A stretch of 60,000 bases of DNA from Mobula hypostoma (lineage: Eukaryota): positions 97,962,001 to 98,022,000 of the forward strand of contig NC_086107.1 of NCBI RefSeq assembly GCF_963921235.1. The letters are read 5' to 3'. Numbering within the stretch: position 1 is the first letter of the stretch; every line of letters starts with the position of its first letter. Below, piece after piece: positions 49,830 through 60,000 of the stretch. The notes beneath the pieces are model-generated. The model searched no databases. It was not told where the DNA came from and was given only the letters and a program-made list of their open reading frames with translations. A program made the position numbers and the translations under genes.

Positions 49830-50200
49830 GCAAGTTTGTACATTTCTCCCAGCATGTGTATGGGTTTCCTCCAGGTGCTCTGGTTTCCTCTCACAGTCCA
49901 AAGACATGCCAGTTAGTACGTTAATTGTTGTTGTTGTTGTTATTTTTTTTACGAGGTCGAGTTGCTAGCTCAACGCTCAACCCAGCATAAATGGAAACCG
50001 TGCAAGGAGCTGGCTGGATTCGAACCCGTGACCACTCGCCTTGAAGCCTGTTGCGGCTGCGACTACACCAGCTGGCTAGTAGGTTAACTAGTCATTATAA
50101 ATGCCCTGTGATTAGGCTGGGGTTATATTGGCTGGTTGCTGGATAGCGTGGCTCGATGGGGGCGGAAGGGCCTGTTTCACATTGTATCTCTAAATGCTAA
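49830..50200 (+). mobile_element. V-SINE-like element interrupted by a second SINE
   Basis: gggtttcctccaggtgctctggtttcctctcacagtccaaagac core; CR1-like tail gggcggaagggcctgtttcacattgtatctctaaa. Confidence 0.7.
49925..50076 (-). mobile_element. Short tRNA-derived SINE with an (AAC)n tail
   Basis: Minus strand A-box TGGTGTAGTCG and B-box GGTTCGAATCC; ~11-bp TSD tagta(c/g)gttaa at 49914-49924 and 50077-50087. Confidence 0.75.
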
Positions 50201-50203
50201 ATA

Positions 50204-50204
<1 letters not shown>

Positions 50205-50238
<34 letters not shown>
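50205..50238. repeat. (CA)n microsatellite
   Basis: Direct reading. Confidence 0.95.
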
Positions 50239-50241
<3 letters not shown>

Positions 50242-51829
50242 TTCAGATGAATTAGGCTATTGGTTAATTGGAGCAGCTGTCTATTTGGGACAACTCTTAA
50301 AGAACAAAACCAAATCAAGAAAAGAGCCAGGATTCCTTTATGGATTTTGGACACTATGCCACTTAATTGGGACAGGAGACAGTCAGTCACGTGCACTTCT
50401 GTGGCCTTTAGACACTGCACTGGTCTTACAGCAAACAGTTGTGTCAGTTGTGCTTGTGTTATGTTATCAATTTGGGCTGATGGTCACTGATTGAAAAAGC
50501 AGTCATTTTTGATAATTTTGTTTTTTTTTAATTTTGAGACCCTTTCCATGAAATGATTTGACACTAGCCAAAAAAATTACCCTTTAGGACCAAAATAAAA
50601 GTTATCCAACAAACTCCACTCATTGTTAGCTGTAGAGATAACTGGAGTGCCAAAATCTACAATTACATATTCGATACATCAACAAGAGGAACTGTGAGAA
50701 GGATGAGCATTACATCACAAAACAAAAGCATGAAAGTAAGGATCCAGATGATGAGGTGGCCCTCAATTAATGGTTTTTCATTTTAACCATACAAAGTGTA
50801 TGTGTCAGTGGACCAAAGTTAAAAAAAAAACAAGCTAGGTAAGAAGGTGGTCACAAAGATTTTAAAGCCACAGATGGTTGATTGGCTCGACGTAAATGCA
50901 GGCACCACATTAAATTCAAGAAAGCACATGGTGAGAAGGGTAGTGCTGATGCTGTAAGTACAGAAACATGGAGATCTATAAGACTCCCTGACTTGCTTCA
51001 AAATTATGTATAGATGATATCTACAATGCCAATAAAACAGGCCTTTTTTATCATGCCAGGCCAAATGGTTTCTTTTGTTACAAACACGCAACACTATCAG
51101 GTTCAAAGAAAGCAATGGATCACATAACTGTGTTATGTTATTCAAATATGTCAAGAACTGATAAGAAGAAATTGTTGCTTTTTGGGAAATGTGTGACCTT
51201 AATCTTTAAGGAGCTAAGAATGCATATTTTACCAAGCAAGTACTATGCCAGCGTACACTCAATGAATTCCTCTGTGCGTATCCATTATGAACTAACACAC
51301 AGTTTTAGAGTATTGTAGTACTATTGGTAGTGTTCCATTTTGTTCTGTATTTATTTTAAATGAATTGTTACTCAGTTAAATGGTAGTTTGCCCTTTTTAT
51401 ACCTTTTTAACTATTTGCATGAAACTTCAGATAATTGGGCCAAAACATATTGGTCCTGATGTTATAAAATGACTAGAGAGAGCAATACATTACATATTTG
51501 AATTTCAGTTTATAGCTAGGCAGGAAGGAGTGTAGTGTATTTAATATTTCAGTAGATTTGAGTAACATTGTAAATATATTGTTTGATTAAACATTCTTTG
51601 TTTACATAATTCATTATAGGTTATATATACGTGAATGGCATATGTCATTCAATGGGTCAAATGGTCTAATTCTGCTTATATTCATTACACCACCACGTCA
51701 TATTGCATGTGAGCGCTTCACCAAAAAAGTGGGGTAGGAGGAACTAAGTAGAAAAGTACCCCAGCTCCTGTATTATTTTTTTCCCAATAGTTTCTGGAGT
51801 TACAAAACATAAACAGAAAGTATATTCAC

Positions 51830-52730
51830 AGATGCCGACGTTATTCCACTTGTGGTCTAACCTTTGTTTTAACAGTTGTATCAAATTCTCCCTTCATGCC
51901 TTGTCTCTGCCCCAGCTAATAATGGCAAGCATCCAGCGTGCCTGCTTCATCACCCCTCATATACCTGTGCTACCAACTTCAGGGATCTTTGGATATGTAT
52001 TCCAAGACCCCTTCGTTCCTCAATATCCCCTCATTTCTCTATTACGGATTTATTGAGTTTGCCCGCAAGAAAGCTAATCTCAGGGTTGTATATGCTGACA
52101 TATATGCACTTTGATAATAAATTTACTTTGAACTTTGATCGTGCCATTCATGGTATACTTCCTAACTTTTTATGACCTCCTAAAGCACAATTTCACACTT
52201 ACCGAAATTAAGTTCACTCTGCCATTGTCCTGTCCAATCTTATCAGCTTACTAAAGACTACCCACCTCACCATCAACACCACCAATTCTTGGTGCAACAG
52301 TACACTTACTAATTATATCTATGTTCATATTCAAGTCATTAATGTACTGTACATAACAAATAGCAAGGGTTCCAGCACCTACACTCTGTGGTACTGTACA
52401 TCACTGGTCACAGGGTTCAAATCACAATAGTAATCCTCTGCTATCACCCTGCCTCCTATTACAAACCTATTTTGGAAGTAATGTATCATGCCCTGATTCC
52501 CATGGGCCAGCATTCCATTTGGGACCTTGGTAAAAGCTTTATCAAAGTCTACATGAACTATATGAAGCACACTGTCCTAATCAATATATTTAGTTATCTC
52601 TTCAAAAAACTCAATTAAATTCGTCAGAAAGGATCTCCCATCAACAAATTCATGCTGTCTGTGATCAATCCCTGTCTTTGCAAGTGAGATTATTCCTGTC
52701 CTTCCTAATTTTCCTGTAATTTCCCTTTCA
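51830..52730 (-). mobile_element. Old CR1 remnant
   Basis: VHVDFDKAFTKVP and QHEFVDGRSFLTNLIEFFEEIT. Confidence 0.7.
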
Positions 52731-52732
52731 CT

Positions 52733-53735
52733 TAGTGCATTGAGAAAGTATTCAGCCCTCACAACCGTTTACACATTTTACTGTCTCATTTTCCAAATTT
52801 AAAATATATTGAAGTAGGATTTTTCAGCCAATCTACAAAACATTGTGTACCATGGCAAATCAAAAGAAAAATTTCAAAACCTGTCAACAATTTACTAAAC
52901 TTAAAAACCAAAGTTATGAGGCTGAAAAAGTATTCATTCCCTTTGTAATCACTATACTAACTTTCCTCAGAAACAATATATACTGTATTACCTTACCAAC
53001 TTACCCAATTTGTTGATGTAGAAAATTGGAGGATCACCTGTTTTCAATTAATTCGTAAGACTAAATACCCCCTCACTCTCTGTAAGGTCTGACAGTATGG
53101 TAGATTTTCAATAGATCAAACCATAATGAAGACATAATGAGGAAGGTACAAGACCATCTCAAAGGCATTGAATATACTTTGGCGCTCAGTGCAGTCCACG
53201 TGGAAAAAGTGGGAAAAATATGAAACCACAGTCACACTGCCGAGGTCAAGCTGCCCCTCTAAATTTAGTCACCAGATAAAAAGACACTTGTAAGGGAGGC
53301 TACATACATCAAAGTTGCTGGTGAACGACGAGACATCAACCGTCTCGACTTCACCGCACCTTGTCCCCATTCCAACCTCACTCCTTCGGAACGCTCTGCT
53401 CTCCACTCCCTCCGCACTAATCCTAACATTTTTATTAAACCCGCTGATAAGGGGGGTGCTGTTGTAGTCTGGCGTACTGACCTCTACCTTGCCGAGGCAC
53501 AGCGACAACTCGCGGATACCTCCTCTTATTTACCCCTCGATCGTCCAGCAACTTTGATGTATGTTGCTTGAATTTCCAGCATCTGCAGAATTCCTGTTGT
53601 AAGGGAGGCTACTGTGATGCCAACATTCACTCTGAGTGAGCTGCAGAAGTCAGTGACTACAACTGAAGATGAAGCTCATGGCTCCACATCTCTAAAGGCT
53701 TTTACAAAAAAGGGAATTTATGGAAGAGGAAGAAT
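52733..53735 (+). mobile_element. 5' half of an IR/DR-type (Sleeping Beauty-like) Tc1 element, interrupted by a Penelope fragment
   Basis: agtgcattgagaaagtattcagccc outer repeat with inner repeat aaaagtattcattccc (~52925); YKTISKALNI..KKWEKYETTVTLPRS..TLVREAT..TLSELQKS. Confidence 0.8.
53304..53596 (+). mobile_element. Penelope-like retroelement fragment
   Basis: SNLTPSERSALHSLRTNPNIFIKPADKGGAVVVW RT N-terminal motif; tail ttccagcatctgcag; 16-bp TSD at 53288-53303 and 53597-53612. Confidence 0.85.
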
Positions 53736-54032
53736 CAAGTTCCTCTCCAAAATACAATCAGTTAATGGATCCACTTTCCAAAGTACAACCACATAAAAGC
53801 CCCATTCTCTAGTAAATGCACCTGTTCCACAGAACAATGTTGTGCCCACTCTTCAACATATAACTAAATAATGGACACAGCCCTCAATAAACAATGGGCC
53901 AATGATTCCAGGTGAAAAATAGATTGAATGCCTAGCTCCAATTATACTTCCCAAATTCAGAAGACTAATACCTACTATCGTTCATGTACAATGCAGTTTT
54001 GGACAATTTGAAAATTATTAGTTAATGGATAC

Positions 54033-54106
54033 CAAGAGTTTGAAAATTCCACCCTCTTCATGGAATTTGGCTGCTACGTAATCCAGTAATTCCATCTGGT
54101 GTTCAC
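54033..54106 (-). CDS. DMC1: DMC1 exon 10; upstream exons lie beyond the right edge of the window
   Basis: cag|...|gtatcc, 74 nt; EHQMELLDYVAAKFHEEGGIFKLL. Confidence 0.96.
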
Positions 54107-55235
54107 CTGTCAATGAGACAGTATGTGAATGAACACAACAATTTTCAAATTCAAAAACAAATAGATTCACATTTCATTAAACAACTCTTATTGAGATAAT
54201 ATAGTCATTTCTGTTTGAATTCAAAGTGACACTTGAAGACTAATGTCTGATGAAGGCAAGAAAAAATGTATTTTATAATGTTAAAAAGGGACTGGATATA
54301 AATTTGAGAAACATTCTCTAATTTTGTGTATTTATCTATGCGATAGCCGAATACTGATATTAATTGCTCTAATATTCACCTTCCAGAATACTGAAGCATA
54401 AAATTGTGTTAGGAATCTTAAGGATCTAATTGTTATTAATTATCCAGGCTGATATCAGTGCTTTAGCTGACACTAGTTTGGCTTTTCACCAAAATATTCA
54501 ACTCCTGCGATTAGTTGGAGGGTAAAAACAACGTGTCCTTCCTCAGCAGGTTGACTGAGACCCTTAGGTGACCAACAAACAACATGATGTGCATATGCCA
54601 TGAGACAGATGGCACAGCTTTTAAAGCTTCATGGATTCTTTTCTCCAAGAATCCTTCACTACTCTCAACTTATTTGTGGCATTTTGTAGTCACATCAACA
54701 ATCTGCACACAGGTATCATTCAGCTGAGATCCAGTTTGAGCATACTCAGTCAGGTGCAGTTATTGCATCAATTTCATTTGTGCATGCTGTCAGGCTGCAG
54801 TAAAATCCATCAGGCTTTGCAAAGCCACGGAACCACTACAGAAAGTAAGAACATAAGAAACAGAAATGGGCATAGGCCATTCACTCCATCAAGATCATGC
54901 TTGATTTTCTACCTCAACACCATTTTTTAGCACTGTCACCATATCCCCTGATGCCCTTAATATCCAGAAATCTAACAACCTCTGCTTTGTATGCATGAAC
55001 TTCCAGTCTCCAAGATTCCCCTCTATCCACCTCTCTTGGGGGGAGAGAATTCAAAAGTAAATTGAATTTTTCCTCATGTCAGTTTTAACTGACCTCCTGC
55101 TTTCCTCTCAATCTCAGTGTGGTCCCAGACTCCTCAATCAGGGGAAATATCCCCACTGCATCTAGTCTGTCAAGCCCTATAAGAACTTAGCATGTTTCAA
55201 TTAGATTTCCTCTCATTCTTCTAAGCCCGGAAGAA

Positions 55236-55715
55236 TCAGAATCAGGTTTATTATCACCGGCATGTGACGTGAAATTTGTTAACTTAGTAGCAGCAGTTCA
55301 AGGCAATACACAATATAGAAAAAAAGTAATACTAATAATAAGTAAATCTTATTCAGTATACTTTATATACTACACGTATATTGAATTGATTAAAAATCAT
55401 GCAAAACACAGATATGCTATATATTTTTTAAAAAGTGAGGTAGTGTCCAAGGGTTCAATGTCCAGATGGACATTGAATCAGATGGCAGAGGATAGAAGCT
55501 GTTCCTGAATCGCTGAGTGTGTGCCTTCAGGCTTCTGTACCTCCTACCTGATGGTAACAGTGAGAAAGTGCAGGATGTCCTTAATAATGGACGCTGCCTT
55601 TCTGAGACACCACTCCTTGAAGATGTCCTGGGTACTTTTTACGCTAGTACCCAAGATGGAGCTGACTAAATTTACAACCTTCTGCAGCTTCTTTCGGTCC
55701 TGTGCAGTAGCCCCA
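55236..55715 (-). mobile_element. Rex1/Babar-like LINE 3' remnant
   Basis: AQDRKKLQKVVNLVSSILG...CLRKAASIIKD; ataaacctgattctgattct tail. Confidence 0.7.
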
Positions 55716-56229
55716 AGCTCCTTAAGCATGCCCTACTATTCAACAAGATCCTATGATTGTATTCAAAATATGTATCGCCTCTCGGAATACCTCTAAGGAT
55801 CTCACCCCCACAATCTCTAAAAAGAAAAAATTTGAGAAGTTACAGTACATCAGTTTTAAATGACATTTTGTGAATATGTTCCATTGTTCAAGATTCTTCC
55901 ACTCATAGAAACATCTCAACATCTTCTCTGTCATGCTCCCTTAGAATCTCATATTTCAATAAAATTACCCTCCACTATTTTAAACTCCAAGGAATATACA
56001 TCTATTTTCTTTAGCCACTCATGATAGGTCAACTTTTTCCTCCCGGAGTTAGCTTAATGAAGCTCTTTTGGACAGCTTTAAGGGGCCAAAAAATTGTGCA
56101 CATTACTCAATGTTTGGCCTCATATATATCCTGTACATTTGTATCTTTCCTAATTGTACTTCCCCATTTCTAAACTCCAGTCCTCATGCAATATATCTCA
56201 ACTGTCATTTGGCCTCCTAACCACTTGTT

Positions 56230-56942
56230 ACGCTTATTGTGAGACCCAATGCATGACTGTAGGGATCACTTCTCGAGCACTTTCACTCCATTCTCCATAA
56301 CAGCCAGAGCCTCCAGGTAACCAGACATTTTAATTCCACTTCCCATTCCCACAGTGATATCTGGCCACATCTTCCACATTGCAGCCAGATGCAGATTGTA
56401 AGGGCAACACCTCATATTCTGTCTTGGTAGCCTCCAACTTGACAGCATCGTTGGTTTCTCTAGCTTCTGGTAACCATCTCTTTCCTCCCCCTGCCCCCTT
56501 TGTTTTTCCTTATCTCCCTGGCCCCTTTACCCCTTCTCTTCTCCCCCCTCCTCACAATCTGCCCATCACCCACACCTTCCTCCTCTGGCTTTCCACCTCG
56601 TTCCCTTTGTTATATGTTCTAATATCCTCTCCTACCAGATTATTTCTTCTTTAGCCCTTTGCCTCTTCCACCCATCATCTCCCAGCTTCTCACATAATTT
56701 CCCCCACCCTCCCCCACATCTCACCTGGATTTGCTTAACACCCACCAACTTATGCTCCCTCCTCTTCCCCCACCTATTTTTTCCAGCTTCTGCTCTCTTT
56801 CTTTCTGGTCCTGATGAAGGGTCTCAGTCTGAAACATGGACTGTTCCCACGCCTCCATAGATGCTGCCTGACCTGCTGAGTTCCCAGGTTTGAGTACAGT
56901 ATGTTACCAGACTTCCAACATCTGCAGTCTCTCTTGTGTTTG
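56230..56942 (+). mobile_element. Penelope-like 3' remnant: GIY-YIG endonuclease end, pyrimidine-rich UTR and pseudo-LTR with degenerate hammerhead ribozyme
   Basis: EHFHSI...VTRHFNSTSHSHSD...QHLIFCLGSLQ; CTGATGA(13 nt)GAAA at 56811-56834; gatgctgcctgacctgctgagttc tail. Confidence 0.8.
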
Positions 56943-57176
56943 TGCTGCACTTACCTGCTAACTTTCTGCAATTTATACACAATACCTACATTCCACTGTG
57001 CTTCATCCATCAGCAATCTTTTTCCATTTAGAAATAGTTTGCCTTTACTTGCACTTACCAAAGTGCATGACCTCATATATCCTCACTCTAAATGCCGTTT
57101 GCCAATTCTTCACATGCTCACAATACTGCTAGCTTAGTGTTATCAGCAAACTTAAAAATATGCTATCTGGTTCCAT

Positions 57177-57560
57177 TGATGATGAGGCCTCCGTTGGTCA
57201 GGGTTGACCATGGATGTTGCATCCTTGCTGTCGTGATATGCAAGCCTGGGCAGTACAATATGGAGCGCAAGCTGTTGCCCAAGTAGCAAGCTCCCACTCT
57301 CCATGCATCTAGTGAACTCAAAGGAACAGCAGAGATTGATACAGTTTGGCACAAGCAGCATCACACGATTTGCCAGTCAGCATTAAACCCAACATAGGAC
57401 TGCCTTAAGGACTTCAGCTCCAGTTTCTTCCCTCAGGGTTTACTCCCGAAGCCTTCTCCATCAGTGGGTATAGCTGCACGGCAGCAGAGATTTGAGGTCA
57501 GAGCTTTCCTTTTCCCAGATGAGCTGCCAACCACATCTGACAAGCCCTATCTGCCCAAAA
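57177..57560 (-). mobile_element. Probable RTE-related non-autonomous element
   Basis: (TGA)n end and RTE-5'-UTR-like gagctgccaacc and actcccgaagccttc blocks; weak recognition. Confidence 0.4.
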
Positions 57561-58405
57561 TCGTTCCCTAGCCATTGGTATAGATCATGAATAGCATAAA
57601 AAGACTGACCTTCATTTCTTCTAATAACCACTCCTCATTTGATGTCAGTATATTTTGTGCAATTCTACGTGTTCTAACTCTATTGTCCAAATTCCAGGGA
57701 AGCTTCCAAAAAATCCAAGTTCATCATATCCACTAGTAGCCTCTTATCTATCCTACCCATCACATCTCCAAAGAACTCCAGATTAGTCAAACATCGTTTT
57801 CCTTACATTATTCCAAGTTTACTTTTCTCAGTCTTATTTCACTTTCATTATAGATTCCAGCTTTTCCCCTTCCACTGATGTTAGGGAACTAGTTCATTAA
57901 TTCCTTTTTTTTCTCTCCCCCTCCTTTCTTCCCTCCATGCTATTCTCTAAACATCTGAAACAATTTCAGAGTGTGTTAACCCTGGAAGATGGCACTAGAG
58001 CAGCTCTAAAGCCACCTTCATCAAAACTCAGGGATGTACGTAGTTGGTATTTATCAGGTTTCACACTCACAAAATTCTTGTGTTTTTGATTAGTTCTTAA
58101 TTTCTTCACTTCTTCACTCTTGTTAGAAACTTAGCAAATTTTGTGTTTCCTTCCATGAAAAAGACATACACAAACTAATTATTTAATTTTTCCCCAATCA
58201 TAACTTCTGTCTCGATCTGCAAGGGATTCACACTCGTATGTCTTTTCCACTTAAATGCCTATAATTTGCTTACAGAACATTTTTGCTTCCTGCCTTTCTT
58301 TGTGATGTTCCTTTGCTGAGTTTTAATATGCTCCCAGTTGCCAGGCCTACTGCTATTTCTGGCAACTTAATTAGTCATTTTATTTAGAATAACATTCTTT
58401 AATTA

Positions 58406-58540
58406 CAAACAAGAGAAAATCTGTAGATGCCGGAAATCCAAGCAACACACATAAAATGCTCGAGGAACTCAGTAGGCCAGGCAGCATCTTTGGAAAAAAG
58501 TACAGTCGACATTTTGGGCCAAGACTCTTCATCAGGACAT
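58406..58540 (-). mobile_element. Solo Penelope pseudo-LTR fragment
   Basis: Minus strand CTGATGA-agagtcttggccc-AAAA-tgtcgactg followed by gatgctgcctggcctactgagttcc. Confidence 0.7.
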
Positions 58541-58629
58541 TTCAGATGAAGCATTTACCTTTTGGGTTTTTGTTCCTTTACAAATTTACATAATGAGACA
58601 CTGCTGCAGCTAGTAGAGTGCTGCCTCAC

Positions 58630-60000
58630 AGCTCCCCTTAGCTTCCGCTGCTCCAAAGAAAACAATTCAAGTTTGTCCAACCTCTCATCACAGTACATAC
58701 TCTCTAATCCAGGCAGCATTCTGGTAAACCCCTTCTGCACCCTTTCCAAAGGCTAGATCTGTAATGGGCGACCAAAACTGTATGCAATACTCCAGATGAG
58801 GCCTAACTAGAGTTTCATAAAGCTGAAACATAACTTCCTATCTTTTGAACTCAATGCCTCGACTAATAAAGTGACGCAACATCAGCTCCTCCTTTAGCTC
58901 GAAATGCCCACTAATAAATATTGTTCTTAACCACTCTGTCAACCTTTCAGGGAGCTAAGAAATTGGACCCCAAGATCCCTCTGCTCATCAACACTGTTAA
59001 AGGTCTTGCCATTTGACTTACAAAGGTGCAACACTTCGTATTTTACCAGTTTAAATTCCATCTGCCATTTTTCTGCACTTATCTATAACTGATCTATACA
59101 CCACTGTATTCTTTGCCAGTGTTCTACACTGTCCACAACACCACCAATCTTTCTATAATCTGCAATCTTACTAACCCACCCAAAAAACATTTTCATCTAG
59201 GGTATTTACATCACAAATCGCAAAGGTCTCAGTACAGATCCCTGCGAACACTGTTAATCACAGACCTCCAGGTAGAATAATTCCCTTCGGCCTCTACCTT
59301 TGGTCTTCTATAGGAAAGCCAATTCTGAATCCAGATGGCAAATTCACCATGGATCTCATGCATCTTCATCTTCTCGATGAGCCTCCCATGAGGGACCTTA
59401 TCAAAAGCCTTTCTAAAATCCCTGTAGACAACATCTACAGCCCTATCTTCATTAATCACCCTCGTTACCTCGTCAAAAAACTCAGATCAATTTAGTAATT
59501 CATGACTTGTCCTCCACAAAGCCAGACTAGCTCTCCCTAATTAGGCTATGGTTTTCCAGATGCTCATAAATTCTATCCCTAAGATAGAATTCCGGTAACT
59601 TCCCTACCACTGACATGAAACTCACCAGTCTATAGTTTCCAGGATTATCCCTGGTTCCCCTCTTGGATAATGGAATAACATTAGCTTCTCACCAGTCTTT
59701 TGGGAGCTCGCCCGCAGCCAGAAAGGACAATCTCTCCTCTTGCCTCTCTCTATAACCTGGAGTATATTCTATGAGTCCCCAGGGACTTATCCAACTTAAT
59801 GCTCTTTAAGAGATGCAACATCAACTCCTCCTTTAGCTCAAAATGCCCAAGCATATCAATACTCTCAACATTGATCTCCCTATCCTCCACATCCTTCGCC
59901 TTGATAAATATTGATGTAAAGTACTCATTAAGGATCTCACTCACATCCTCTACATCCAAGAAAATGTTCGCCCCTTTATCCTTGAGTGGTCCTACCCTCT
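58630..60000 (-). mobile_element. Old CR1 LINE remnant running off the right edge
   Basis: VDVVYRDFRKAFDKVPHGRL, ILNEYFTSIF and [14 protein letters not shown]. Confidence 0.85.

Noticed and set aside
50000..50076. tRNA gene; CAGGCTTCAA resembles the tRNA-Sec anticodon arm
   Set aside because: The anticodon stem does not pair, there is no long variable arm, and it has an (AAC)n tail and TSD, so it is a SINE head
50235..51462. Possible pogo/Tigger-like DNA transposon remnant (repeated taattgg motifs at both ends)
   Set aside because: Termini and TSD not resolvable and no transposase motif seen, so too weak to call
31044..54106. Gene identity as RAD51
   Set aside because: [35 protein letters not shown] and GGHILAHAS are DMC1-type

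Overview
Vertebrate genomic DNA, most likely a cartilaginous fish (inferred from the CR1, Penelope and V-SINE repeat landscape). Two genes lie in tandem on the minus strand, as they do in mammals. The first is the 3' part of the meiotic recombinase DMC1 (exons 10-14, 54106 to 31044). The second is the DEAD-box helicase DDX17 (coding exons 1-12, 27208 to 7147), whose terminal exon is not recognisable here and probably lies left of the window. Exon numbers follow the human genes from memory. Most introns are filled with CR1, L1, RTE, Rex1, Penelope, Tc1 and SINE remnants, and several are nested with readable target-site duplications. The clear exception is the ~6 kb DDX17 intron 11, where I recognise no transposons. 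It contains a miR-3064-like hairpin between a distal branch point and the 3' splice site, a candidate H-type pseudoknot, CpG-rich patches and several stop-containing cryptic exons, and is the best candidate for an ancient RNA-structure-based splicing or autoregulatory module. There are no prokaryotic features, CRISPR arrays, rRNA or true tRNA genes. All calls are by eye; nothing was run.
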